Below, piece after piece: positions 1-9,262 of a stretch of 60,353 nucleotides of DNA. The stretch is from contig DATIOK010000209.1 in NCBI GenBank assembly GCA_035473255.1, positions 1 to 60,353 of the forward strand, in the 5' to 3' direction. The notes beneath the pieces were generated by a model. The model did not search any database. It had not been told where the DNA came from and worked only from the letters and a program-made list of their open reading frames with translations. How positions within the stretch are numbered: position 1 is the first letter of the stretch; each line of letters begins with the position of its first letter. The position numbers and the translations under genes are program-made. This DNA comes from Gaiellales bacterium (GTDB lineage: Bacteria > Actinomycetota > Thermoleophilia > Gaiellales > JAICJC01).

Positions 1-643
1 CCAGCGCCCGCACCCGGCGGCGGCGGATCTCGGCCAGGCGGTCGGCGTCGATGGTCAGTCCCACGATCTTCCAGGGATCCACGGTGAACAGCGCCGGGGG
101 CGGGTCGATGCCCTTCACGATCGGGATGTTCGCTGCCATCAACCCCATGTAGCCGAGGTGCATCGAGGTCGGCGTCTTGGACGTGCGCGACACCCCCACC
201 AGCACCACGTCGGCCTGCTGCAGGTCGTCCGCGCCGCGGCCGTCGTCGTGCTTGACGGCGAACTCGATGGCGGCGATGCGCCGGAAGTACTGCGCGTCCA
301 GCGGGGCCTGGCGGCCGGGCACCTGCATCGCCTGCATGCCGGAGGCGGTCGTGATCGCGTTCAGCGCGGGGCCCAGCACGTCCAGCGCCACCAGCCGGTG
401 CTGCCGCGAGATCTCCACCACGGCCTCGCGCAGACCGGGATCGACCAGCGTGTAGAACACGGCGGCGCGGCGGCCGGTGGCCGCCTCCAGCGCGCGCGCC
501 AGCTGTTCCCGCGACTTCACCCGCGCGTGGCGGTGCAGCTCGATCTCGGAGTCGCCGAACTGCGACTGGGCCGCCCGCGCCACCCGTGCCGCCGTGTCCC
601 CGGTGGAGTCGGAGATGATGTGGATCTCGAGCGTGTCCGCCAC
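1..643 (-). CDS. ppsR: Pyruvate,water dikinase / PPDK regulatory kinase-pyrophosphorylase (DUF299 family), 3' end runs off the window
   Basis: Not in the ORF track (no stop in window). Manual translation from GTG 643: MADTLEIHIISDSTGDTAARVARAA...YFRRIAAIEFAVKHDDG...ADVVLVGVSRTSKTPTSMHL. SDSTG(E/D)T, HDDG and GVSRTSKTP are family motifs. Confidence 0.92.
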   Translation of the reverse strand, partial: MADTLEIHIISDSTGDTAARVARAAQSQFGDSEIELHRHARVKSREQLARALEAATGRRAAVFYTLVDPGLREAVVEISRQHRLVALDVLGPALNAITTASGMQAMQVPGRQAPLDAQYFRRIAAIEFAVKHDDGRGADDLQQADVVLVGVSRTSKTPTSMHLGYMGLMAANIPIVKGIDPPPALFTVDPWKIVGLTIDADRLAEIRRRRVRAL

Positions 644-650
644 GGCCCGG

Positions 651-656
651 ACTCTA
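651..656 (-). promoter_or_regulatory. Putative -10 hexamer TAGAGT, 7 nt before the ppsR GTG (leaderless-type)
   Basis: Minus strand reads gcggTAGAGTccgggccGTG; no Shine-Dalgarno sequence. Confidence 0.5.
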
Positions 657-694
657 CCGCCCGTCACCGCCGCGGGTGCGGTATACAAGCGCCC

Positions 695-2122
695 GTGCGC
701 GACGTTGTCGTGATCGGCGGTGGGGTGGTCGGCTGCGCGGTGGCCTGGCGGCTGTCGGGCACTGCCGCCCGCGTGACGCTGATCGAGGCCGCTCACGACC
801 TCTGCGAGGGCGCCTCCAAGGGCAACACCGGCATCGCCACCAGCGGCGGCGACTGCCATCCGGGAACGCTCGAGCTCGAGCTGGTGCGCCGGTCCAGCCC
901 CGGCTGGGAGGCGCTGTGCGCGCGCCTGGACACGCCCTTCCACCGCATCGGCACGCTGGCCGTGGCGCTGACCGAGGAGGACGAGCACCGCCTGCCCGAG
1001 CTCCTGCGCGACGCGCAGGACACCGGTGCGGCCGCGGAGATCGTGACGGGCGACCAGGCGCGCGCGCTGGAGCCGCTGATCAGCGAGCAGGCCCGCGCCG
1101 CGCTGCACTTTCCCGACGACGGCATCATCGACTCGATCCGCCTGACCATCGGGTACGCGGAGCTGGCCGCCCGAAACGGCGTCGACGTGCTGCGCGGCGC
1201 GCCGGTGCAATCGATCGAGCGCGACGGGGACCGGATCGTCGCGGTCACGGCCGGCGACCGGCGGATCGCGACCGGGTCGGTCGTGAACGCGGCCGGCGTC
1301 GAGGCGGACACCATCTCGCGGCTGGCCGGCGGCGAGCAGTTCCGGACGTGGCCGCGCCAGGGGCAGTACTGGCTGCTCGACCGCGAGCTGGGAGGCCGCT
1401 TCCGCAAGGTGGTGGGCGGCGTGCCGACACCGGTCACACGCGGCATCTATTGCGTACCGACCACCAACCGGTCGCTGCTGCTGGGACCCACTGCGGTCGA
1501 CCACGAGGACCGCAGCGACCGGGCGGTGGACACCGGGACGCTCGACCACGTGTTCGACGCGGCACAGCGGCTGGTGCCGTCGATCGGCCGCGAGCACGCG
1601 ATCAAGACGTTCGCCTCCAACCGTCCGGCCTCCGATCCCAGCTACCGGATCGCCGTCGACGCCAAGATCGCGAACCTGGTGCACGCGGCCGGTATCCGCT
1701 CGACGGGGGTGTCGTCCTCACCGGCCGTCGCCGAGATGGTGCGCGGGCTGCTGGAAGGGCTGGGCCTGCCGGTCGGCGATGAGCGGCCGGACGCGGTCAC
1801 CGAGCTGGAGCCGCTGCCGCGGCTGCTCGGGCATCCCAGCCCCGAGCAGCTGTTCGCCCGCGACTCGCGCTACGGCCAGGTGATCTGCGCCTGCGAGCAG
1901 GTGACGGCGGCCGAGATCGCAGCCGTGCACGGGATGGCCGTGCCTCCCAGCTCGCTCGAGGGCGTCCGCAAGCGCACCCGGGCGACGGGCGGTCGCTGTC
2001 AGGGCGCGTTCTGCCTGTCCGGCGTCTCGTTCCTGCATTCGCTGCACGCCGGCCGCCGCCCGCAGCAGATCGCCGTCTCGGAGCCCGACGCGACGCTGGG
2101 CGTGGGTACGGACGATGCCTGA
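695..2122 (+). CDS. FAD-dependent oxidoreductase with C-terminal BFD-like [2Fe-2S] domain (GlpA-like / LhgO family)
   Basis: Start reassigned to GTG 695 (VRDVVVIGGGVVG Rossmann motif); the upstream part of the tracked ORF is antisense to ppsR. ASKGNTGI, GIRSTGVSSSPAVA, and C-terminal VICACEQVT...RATGGRCQGAFC. Confidence 0.85.
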   Translation: MRDVVVIGGGVVGCAVAWRLSGTAARVTLIEAAHDLCEGASKGNTGIATSGGDCHPGTLELELVRRSSPGWEALCARLDTPFHRIGTLAVALTEEDEHRLPELLRDAQDTGAAAEIVTGDQARALEPLISEQARAALHFPDDGIIDSIRLTIGYAELAARNGVDVLRGAPVQSIERDGDRIVAVTAGDRRIATGSVVNAAGVEADTISRLAGGEQFRTWPRQGQYWLLDRELGGRFRKVVGGVPTPVTRGIYCVPTTNRSLLLGPTAVDHEDRSDRAVDTGTLDHVFDAAQRLVPSIGREHAIKTFASNRPASDPSYRIAVDAKIANLVHAAGIRSTGVSSSPAVAEMVRGLLEGLGLPVGDERPDAVTELEPLPRLLGHPSPEQLFARDSRYGQVICACEQVTAAEIAAVHGMAVPPSSLEGVRKRTRATGGRCQGAFCLSGVSFLHSLHAGRRPQQIAVSEPDATLGVGTDDA

Positions 2123-2918
2123 CCGCCCACCGGTCGCGATCGTCGGCGCCGGCATCACCGCCCTGGCCTGCGCGCATGCGCTGCGCGACGCCGCCGAGGT
2201 CACGGTGGTCGACCGCATCCCGGTGCCGGGTGGCGTGCACGGCTGGGAGGCTGCCGAGACCCGCGAGCTGGCACAGGCCTGCGGCGCGCGGATGCGGCTG
2301 GGCGAGACGGCGATCCGCTGGGACGGCCTGACGCTGCTCACGATCGGGCAGGACGGCCCGCAGCGAATGGGTGCCGCCGCGCTCGTGATCGCGACCGGCA
2401 CGCGGCCGCTGGGGCGCGCCGAGCTGGGCATCGCCGGCGGCCGCCCGGCCGGCATCGTGGCCGCAACGGTCGCCTGCCACCTGGCCGAGAACGGCCTGCT
2501 GGTGGGGCGGCGCCCGCTGATCGTGGGCGGCGGAGACTGGGCGATGCGCGCCGCGAGCGAGCTGCGCGCGGCCGGTGCCGAGCGGGCCACCCTGGTCTGC
2601 CCCGACGGGCTGCTGCGCGAACGCCCGGCGGACGATGCGGTGCACGTGCGCGAGCACGACAGCGTCGCGTCGGTCGCCGGCACGCCGCGGGTGCGCACGG
2701 CCACGCTCGCCTCGGGCGAGACGCTGGGGTGCGACGCAGTGGTGCTGGCCCACGGGGTGGCTGCGCTGCGCAACGTGGACGGCGCCGTCTGGGCGGGCGA
2801 CCGCGCGGTCTACGCGCAGCCACTGGCGGACCCGGCCACGGTGGAGCAGGCGCGAGCCGCCGGCACCGAGGCTGCCGCGGCTGTACGGTCACTGATCGAT
2901 CACAAGGAGCGTCCATGA
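2115..2918 (+). CDS. NAD(P)/FAD-dependent oxidoreductase (pyridine nucleotide-disulfide family), short form
   Basis: VAIVGAGITA, LVIATGTRP..GIAGGRPAGIV, second IVGGGD motif; overlaps the upstream gene by 8 nt. Confidence 0.75.
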   Translation: MPDRPPVAIVGAGITALACAHALRDAAEVTVVDRIPVPGGVHGWEAAETRELAQACGARMRLGETAIRWDGLTLLTIGQDGPQRMGAAALVIATGTRPLGRAELGIAGGRPAGIVAATVACHLAENGLLVGRRPLIVGGGDWAMRAASELRAAGAERATLVCPDGLLRERPADDAVHVREHDSVASVAGTPRVRTATLASGETLGCDAVVLAHGVAALRNVDGAVWAGDRAVYAQPLADPATVEQARAAGTEAAAAVRSLIDHKERP

Positions 2919-3130
2919 AGGTGACATCGCCAATCGGTGAGCTGCCGTTCGTCGTGCGCGGCGTCTCGCTACATGACGGGCACGTGGTGGTGGAGGGCGA
3001 GCTCGGCACCTGGCGGTCGCGGATCGAGGTCGGCGCGGAGGACCTGCCGATGCTCGGTCGCGCACTCCGCGGCCCGCTGGTCGCGGCCGGGCTGGTCCTG
3101 GCCGGCATCGCCCTGCTGCGCCGACGATGA
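2915..3130 (+). CDS. 71-aa hypothetical protein with C-terminal hydrophobic anchor
   Basis: AAGGAG RBS, ATGA overlaps at both ends; MKVTSPIGELPF...PLVAAGLVLAGIALLRRR. Confidence 0.7.
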   Translation: MKVTSPIGELPFVVRGVSLHDGHVVVEGELGTWRSRIEVGAEDLPMLGRALRGPLVAAGLVLAGIALLRRR

Positions 3131-4563
3131 CGATCCTGATCGGCGTCGACCAGGGCACCAGCGGCACCCGCGCCGTGGCCTTCGACGATCGTCTGCGCCC
3201 GCTCGGCGAGAGCTACCAGCCGGCCCACGTCAGCCATCCCCAGCCCGGCTGGATCGAGAAGGACGCCGACGAGACGGTGGCCACGGTGGAGCGCGCGCTG
3301 GGCGACCTGACCGCGCAACTGGACGGCGAGGTCTCCGCGGTCGGCTTCGACAACGAGGGCGAGACGGTGGTGGCGTGGGACGCTGAGACGCTGCGGCCGC
3401 TGGCGCCCGCGATCGTGTGGGGATCCCGACGCAGCCAGTCGATCGTGGAGCGGCTGGAGGCGGCCGGCCACGGCCCGCGCATCCAGGAGCTGTCCGGCCT
3501 GCCGCTCGACCCCTACTTCTCGGCCACCAAGATCCGCTGGTTGGTCGAGAACGACGACGCGGTCGCTGCGGCCGCGCGGGAGGGCCGCCTGCGCGCCGGA
3601 ACGCTGGACGCCTACGTCTGCGCTCGGCTCGGCGACGGCGCCCGCACCGAGCCGTCCACGGCCGGGCGCACGCAGCTGCAGGCGCTGGCCGCGCCCGGCA
3701 GCTGGCACCCTGAGCTGCTCGAGCTGCACGGCATCGACCCCGCCTGGCTGCCGCCGATCGGGCCCTCGGCGGGGCCGTTCGGCCGGCTGGCGGGCCTGCC
3801 GCTGCGCGCACTGCTGGTCGACCAGACCGCCTCCCTGGCCGGCCACGGCTGCCTGCTGCCGGGAATGGCGAAGGCCACCTACGGCACCGGCATCTTCCTG
3901 CTCCAGCAGGTCGGCGCCGCTCCACCCACCCAGACCGGCGGCTTGCTATCGGTGGTCGCCTGGGAGCTGACCGAGGGCCGGCCCAGCTACGCGCTTGACG
4001 GCGGCGTGTTCTCGGCCGGAACGGTGCTGACCTGGCTGCGAGACGGCCTCGGTGCGTTCCAGGATCCGGCGGAGAGCGAGGCGATGGTCAACTCGGTGCC
4101 GGATACCGACGGCGTCATGTTCCTGCCCGCGCTGGCCGGGATGGGCGCTCCCTGGTGGCGTGCCGACGCGCGGGCGGTGGTCGCCGGGATCACCGCCTCC
4201 ACGACCCGCGCCCACATCGTCCGTGCCGCCCTCGACGCGCTCTGCTTCCGCGTGCGCGACCTCGTCGACGCGTTGCCGGTGCGGCCGGACGTGCTGCGCG
4301 TCGACGGCGGCCTGACCGCGAACGGCTACCTCGTACAGCGTCAGGCCGACGTGCTGGACATGCCGGTGGAGGTGGCCGCGATGGCCGAGACGACCGCGCT
4401 CGGCGCGGCCGCCGCCGCGGGAGTCGGAGCAGGCCTGTTCACGCTTGACGACCTGGCGGAGCTGGCGGCGGGGGGACGGCGGTTCCAGCCGGGTGACGTG
4501 CGCACGGCCGGCGCCGACTACCTGACCTGGCGGCGCTTCGCCGAGCGGGCCTCGCTGTTGTAG
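3127..4563 (+). CDS. glpK: FGGY-family carbohydrate kinase, glycerol-kinase-like (substrate uncertain)
   Basis: VDQGTSGTRA, PQPGWIEKD, PYFSATKIRW, DQTASL, KATYGTGIF, PALAGMGAPWW, RVDGG, ETTALGAA. Glycerol-binding NQRET appears as NEGET. Confidence 0.8.
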   Translation: MTILIGVDQGTSGTRAVAFDDRLRPLGESYQPAHVSHPQPGWIEKDADETVATVERALGDLTAQLDGEVSAVGFDNEGETVVAWDAETLRPLAPAIVWGSRRSQSIVERLEAAGHGPRIQELSGLPLDPYFSATKIRWLVENDDAVAAAAREGRLRAGTLDAYVCARLGDGARTEPSTAGRTQLQALAAPGSWHPELLELHGIDPAWLPPIGPSAGPFGRLAGLPLRALLVDQTASLAGHGCLLPGMAKATYGTGIFLLQQVGAAPPTQTGGLLSVVAWELTEGRPSYALDGGVFSAGTVLTWLRDGLGAFQDPAESEAMVNSVPDTDGVMFLPALAGMGAPWWRADARAVVAGITASTTRAHIVRAALDALCFRVRDLVDALPVRPDVLRVDGGLTANGYLVQRQADVLDMPVEVAAMAETTALGAAAAAGVGAGLFTLDDLAELAAGGRRFQPGDVRTAGADYLTWRRFAERASLL

Positions 4564-6571
4564 CTACCCCGGCAGCTGCTCGAAGTCGCCGACCAGGCGC
4601 AGCGTCGAGGCCACGTCGGCCAGCAGCTTGAGACGGTTCCCGCGCACGGCCGGATCCTCGGCCATCACCATCACCTGCTCGAAGTACGCGTTGATCGGCT
4701 CCACCATCAACGCGGCCGCGTCCAGCGCGGATGCGTAATCGCGGCGTGCGGCGGCGTCGGCGATCTCGATGTCTGCCGCCGTCAGCGCCGCGCACAGCGC
4801 CCGCTCCGCGTCCATCTCGAACAGCGACGTGCGCACCTCGGAGGCCGTCTGCTCGGCGGCCCTGGCCGTGATCCGTATGCAGCGTCCGTAAGCGTCGCGG
4901 AGCGCCGACAGCCAGTCGGCTCCGCGGGCGTCGCGCAGCGCCCGGCAGAGGGCGGCCAGGGGCAGCGGCCCGGTCACACCGGAGCCGCGCGCGGCACGGA
5001 TCTCTTCGACGGTCACGCCCTCCTCGGCCATCAGCGGCTCGACCCGGTCGAGCACGAAGTCGACGGCGTCGGGCACCGCCTCGAGCGGCTTTCGGCGCAG
5101 CTCGTGGCCCTGCGACACCAGCATGTGCACCGACTCGGCCATCAGATCGACCAGACCCAGCTCGTAGCCGCGCTCGAGCGCGATCGCGACGATGCCGGCC
5201 GCGGCCCGGCGCAACCCGTAGGGGTCGCGGCTGCCTGTCGGCTGTGCGCCCAGAGCGAACGCCACGGCCACCGTGTCGGCCTTGTCGGAAACCGACAGCA
5301 GCGCGGCGCCCTCGTCCGTGGGCAGCGCCCCGCCCGCCTCGATCGGGAGGTGGTGGTCGGCGATCGCCTCGCACACGTCGGGTGGCTCCCCCGCATCGCG
5401 CGCATACAGCGACCCGGCGTACCCCTGCAGGTCGGAGAACTCGGCCACCAGGCTCGACACCAGGTCGGCCTTGCACAGCGCCGCCGCCCGCGCCACCGCC
5501 TCGCGCAGCGGCGGCTCGACCTCGACCCGGTCGCACAGCTGCCGCGATATCCCGCGCACCCGCTCAGCCTTGTCGGCCAGCGACCCCGCCCCCTCCAGGA
5601 AGCTGACGCGGGGCAGCTCGGCCAGCATCGCGGCGATGCCGCGGGCCCGGTCCCTGTCGTGCGCGAAGACGGCATCCTCCAGCCGCCCCACCAGCACCTC
5701 CTCGTTCCCGGCCGCGACCACCGCCGCGTCGCCGCCGTTCGCGACGAACGCGAAGCGGGCGTCGACGCGCCCCTCGCGGACGATCGGGAAGTAGCGCTGG
5801 TGGGACTGCATGGCGGTGATCGGGACGCGCTCGGGCAGCTCCAGGTAGCGCTCGTCGAACCGGCCTTCGAGCACCACCGGCCACTCCACCAGGTGGACGA
5901 CCTCGTCCAGCTTGCCCATCGGGTCGATCCACTCCCCGGCCGTGTTGAGTCCCTCCACGATCAGCTCCCGGCGCTCGGCGGCGTCGGCCAGCACGTGCGC
6001 GCCGCGCAGATCCTCCAGGTAGCTCGCGGCCGAGCGCACCCGGACTGCGCCCAGCGACCGGTGGCCACGGGACTCCCCGCCGCTGGCGACACCCGCCACC
6101 TCCATCTCCACCAACTCGTCGTCGAGCTTGACCACCAGCCATCGGATCGGACGCGAGAACCGGCCGCCCGGCCAGCGCATCGTCTTTGCGAACTGCAGCC
6201 CCGCCACGATGCGGTGCACGGCGTCCGGCACCAGCTCCACGGCCGGCGCGGCCCGGCCGTCGCTGACGGCCCACACGAAGCCCTCGCGCTGCTCCAGCTC
6301 GTCCACCGCCAGCCCGTGCTTTCGCGCGAACCCGGCCCTGGCCGCCTCCGGCGCGTCGGCGCGCGGGCCGCGCTGCCGCCTCGCGACGGCATCTCGCTGC
6401 GGCGGCACGCTCGCGATCGCGACCAGCCGCCTCGGGCCGACGTGGATGCGGGGGTCGCGCGACTCCAGCCCAGCTCCCGCGAGCGAGCGGGTCAGCAGCT
6501 CTGGTAGCTGGCGCTCGGCCTCGCGGCAGGCCGCCGCCGGCAGCTCCTCGCAGCCGATCTCGATCAGCAGG

Positions 6572-6579
<8 letters not shown>
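4564..6579 (-). CDS. glyS: Glycine--tRNA ligase beta subunit
   Basis: [14 protein letters not shown]...[71 protein letters not shown]. Confidence 0.96.
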
Positions 6580-7429
<850 letters not shown>

Positions 7430-7487
7430 CGAGGGCGCAAGCTATCAGACGCTTGATCGCCGGCAGCAACCTGCCGATAACCGCTCC

Positions 7488-8057
7488 ATGCGACGTGGCG
7501 GATACGTGCTTCTCCCCCTGCTGGTGCTGGCGGTGGCAGCCTGCGGCGCCCCCAGCGGCAAGGCGCTGGACACGAAGGTTGAGGCCGCCGTGGTGGCCCA
7601 GCAGGGCGGCCGGCAGGTCGTGTCATCCGTCGATTGCAGCGACCAGGCGCCGCCGGCCGATACGGTCGCGGGCGGGCTGGGCACGGTGGCCGCCGACCAC
7701 ACCTGCACCGTGAAGTTCAGCAACGGGATGCCCACCCAGGTGTGGGCGGTGAACGTGCTCGACCTGGGCGCGAGCCACCCGGTGCAGCTGCTCTACCGGA
7801 CCGACCACAACGGCGACGGCCGGCCGACCGCGACCGTCGACGTGGCGAAGGCCTTCTCGGCCGAGATGGCGCTCCTGAACGGCGGCACGGCGGCCAAGGC
7901 GCACTGCAGGGCGGGCTCGCCCGCAGCACCGGCCGGCTCGACCGCGTCGGCGGCGCCCGACCACGTCTGCAGCATCCGCATCCCGGGCCACGGCCGCGAG
8001 CGCTGGGCCGTGCGGATCCTGGGCAGCAACGTGCAGCTGCTGTTTCAGCTCGGCTGA
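7488..8057 (+). CDS. Putative lipoprotein with two tandem Cys-pair domains
   Basis: ATG 7488: MRRGG + hydrophobic stretch + lipobox VAAC (Cys19); internal duplication C..DHxC..WAV..L..VQLL. Confidence 0.72.
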   Translation: MRRGGYVLLPLLVLAVAACGAPSGKALDTKVEAAVVAQQGGRQVVSSVDCSDQAPPADTVAGGLGTVAADHTCTVKFSNGMPTQVWAVNVLDLGASHPVQLLYRTDHNGDGRPTATVDVAKAFSAEMALLNGGTAAKAHCRAGSPAAPAGSTASAAPDHVCSIRIPGHGRERWAVRILGSNVQLLFQLG

Positions 8058-8782
8058 AGGGTGCGCAGGCGAAAGCCTCCGTGGTGCGCGTAGGTCTCCT
8101 CGACCACCCGCAGCGCGCCGGCCGCGGCCTCCGGCGACAGCGCCACCGGCGCCATCGGGCGCTCCAGCAGTCCCTCGATGGCGGCGATCGCCCCGTCCGC
8201 CATCCGGAAGCCACCGCTCGCCACCATGCAGCCCGTGCACACGGCCCCGCCGGCCGCGGCCGAGAAACCGGCCAGCGGGCCGGCCGACCCGCACGATGCA
8301 CACGAATCGAGATGCGGCAGGTAGCCCGAGAGCGCCAGCAGCTTCAGCTGGAAGGCCAGTCCCAGGCCGTCGTGCTGGGGGTCCGAGGCGCGCTCGAGCG
8401 GCTCCGCGAGCAGCTCCAGAAACCGACAGAGTCCCTCGTAGGCACGCGGATTCGGCTCGGGCTCGGCGAACAGCTTCAGCACCGCCTCCGCCCCGATCTG
8501 GCCGACCGCCAGCGCGTAGCCGTCGGCCCGCACCTGCTCCTGCGAGTTGATGATGTCGGCGCCCGAGACGGTGTGCAGCTCGCCGCGGCCCTCGTGCAGG
8601 ATCAGCGCCGATCGGGTCAGTGGTTCCAGCCGCGCGCCGAACCGCGATCCGGTCTTGCGCACGCCCTTGGCGATCGCGTTCACGCGCCCCCGCTCGAGTG
8701 TGTACAGGTGCAGCACGCGGTCGGCCTCCGAGAAGCGGATCGATCGCAGCACCACGGCGTCGGTCTTGTAGCTTCGGCCCAC
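8045..8782 (-). CDS. recO: DNA repair protein RecO
   Basis: YKTDAVVLRSIRFSEADRVLHLYT..GRVNAIAKGVRKTGSRFGARLEP; zinc finger CASC...CTGC. Confidence 0.95.
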   Translation of the reverse strand: MGRSYKTDAVVLRSIRFSEADRVLHLYTLERGRVNAIAKGVRKTGSRFGARLEPLTRSALILHEGRGELHTVSGADIINSQEQVRADGYALAVGQIGAEAVLKLFAEPEPNPRAYEGLCRFLELLAEPLERASDPQHDGLGLAFQLKLLALSGYLPHLDSCASCGSAGPLAGFSAAAGGAVCTGCMVASGGFRMADGAIAAIEGLLERPMAPVALSPEAAAGALRVVEETYAHHGGFRLRTLQPS

Positions 8783-8788
8783 GTGTTC

Positions 8789-8794
8789 AGTCTA
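8789..8794 (-). promoter_or_regulatory. Putative -10 hexamer TAGACT, 6 nt before the recO GTG; its TAG is the ybaK stop codon
   Basis: Minus strand reads gccTAGACTgaacacGTG. Confidence 0.5.
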
Positions 8795-9262
8795 GGCCTC
8801 GGCGATGTCGCGCACGTCCGCGTCCGGCATCGCCCCAAGCAGGTCGTCCAGCGCCACCTCGAACACGGCGTTGGGCGTCCCGGCCGCGCACCAGACCGTC
8901 TGGAACCGCCGCAGCGAGCTGTCGACGACCGTGTGCAGCGGCCGGTCGTGGCCGAGCGGCGGAATTCCGCCGATGGCGTAGCCGGTCTGCTCCTTGACGT
9001 CTCGGCCGCGGGCCATCGAAACGCCCTCGCCCACCCGCTCCAGGTCGATCCGCCGGTCGCCGGCGCAGAGGCACAGCAGCAGCTCGCCGCTCGCGTCCTG
9101 CAGCACCACTGACTTCACGATCTGGCCCAGCTCGCAGCCGACCGCGTCGGCCGCCTCCACCGCCGTGCGCGTGGACTCCGATAGCTCCTGCGGGCGCACG
9201 TCCAGGCCCGCCGCCTGCGCGCGCTCCTGGAACCTCAGGGCCGTGGGGTGCATCTCGGACAT
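8792..9262 (-). CDS. YbaK/EbsC family aminoacyl-tRNA deacylase-like protein
   Basis: Start reassigned to ATG 9262: TRTAVEAADAVGCELGQIVKSVV, VKEQTGYAIGGIPPLGH, VWCAAGTPNAVF. Confidence 0.88.
   Translation of the reverse strand: MSEMHPTALRFQERAQAAGLDVRPQELSESTRTAVEAADAVGCELGQIVKSVVLQDASGELLLCLCAGDRRIDLERVGEGVSMARGRDVKEQTGYAIGGIPPLGHDRPLHTVVDSSLRRFQTVWCAAGTPNAVFEVALDDLLGAMPDADVRDIAEA

Noticed and set aside
158-694. N-terminal 179 codons of tracked ORF 158..2122
   Set aside because: Antisense shadow of ppsR; the recognisable Rossmann motif begins at GTG 695.
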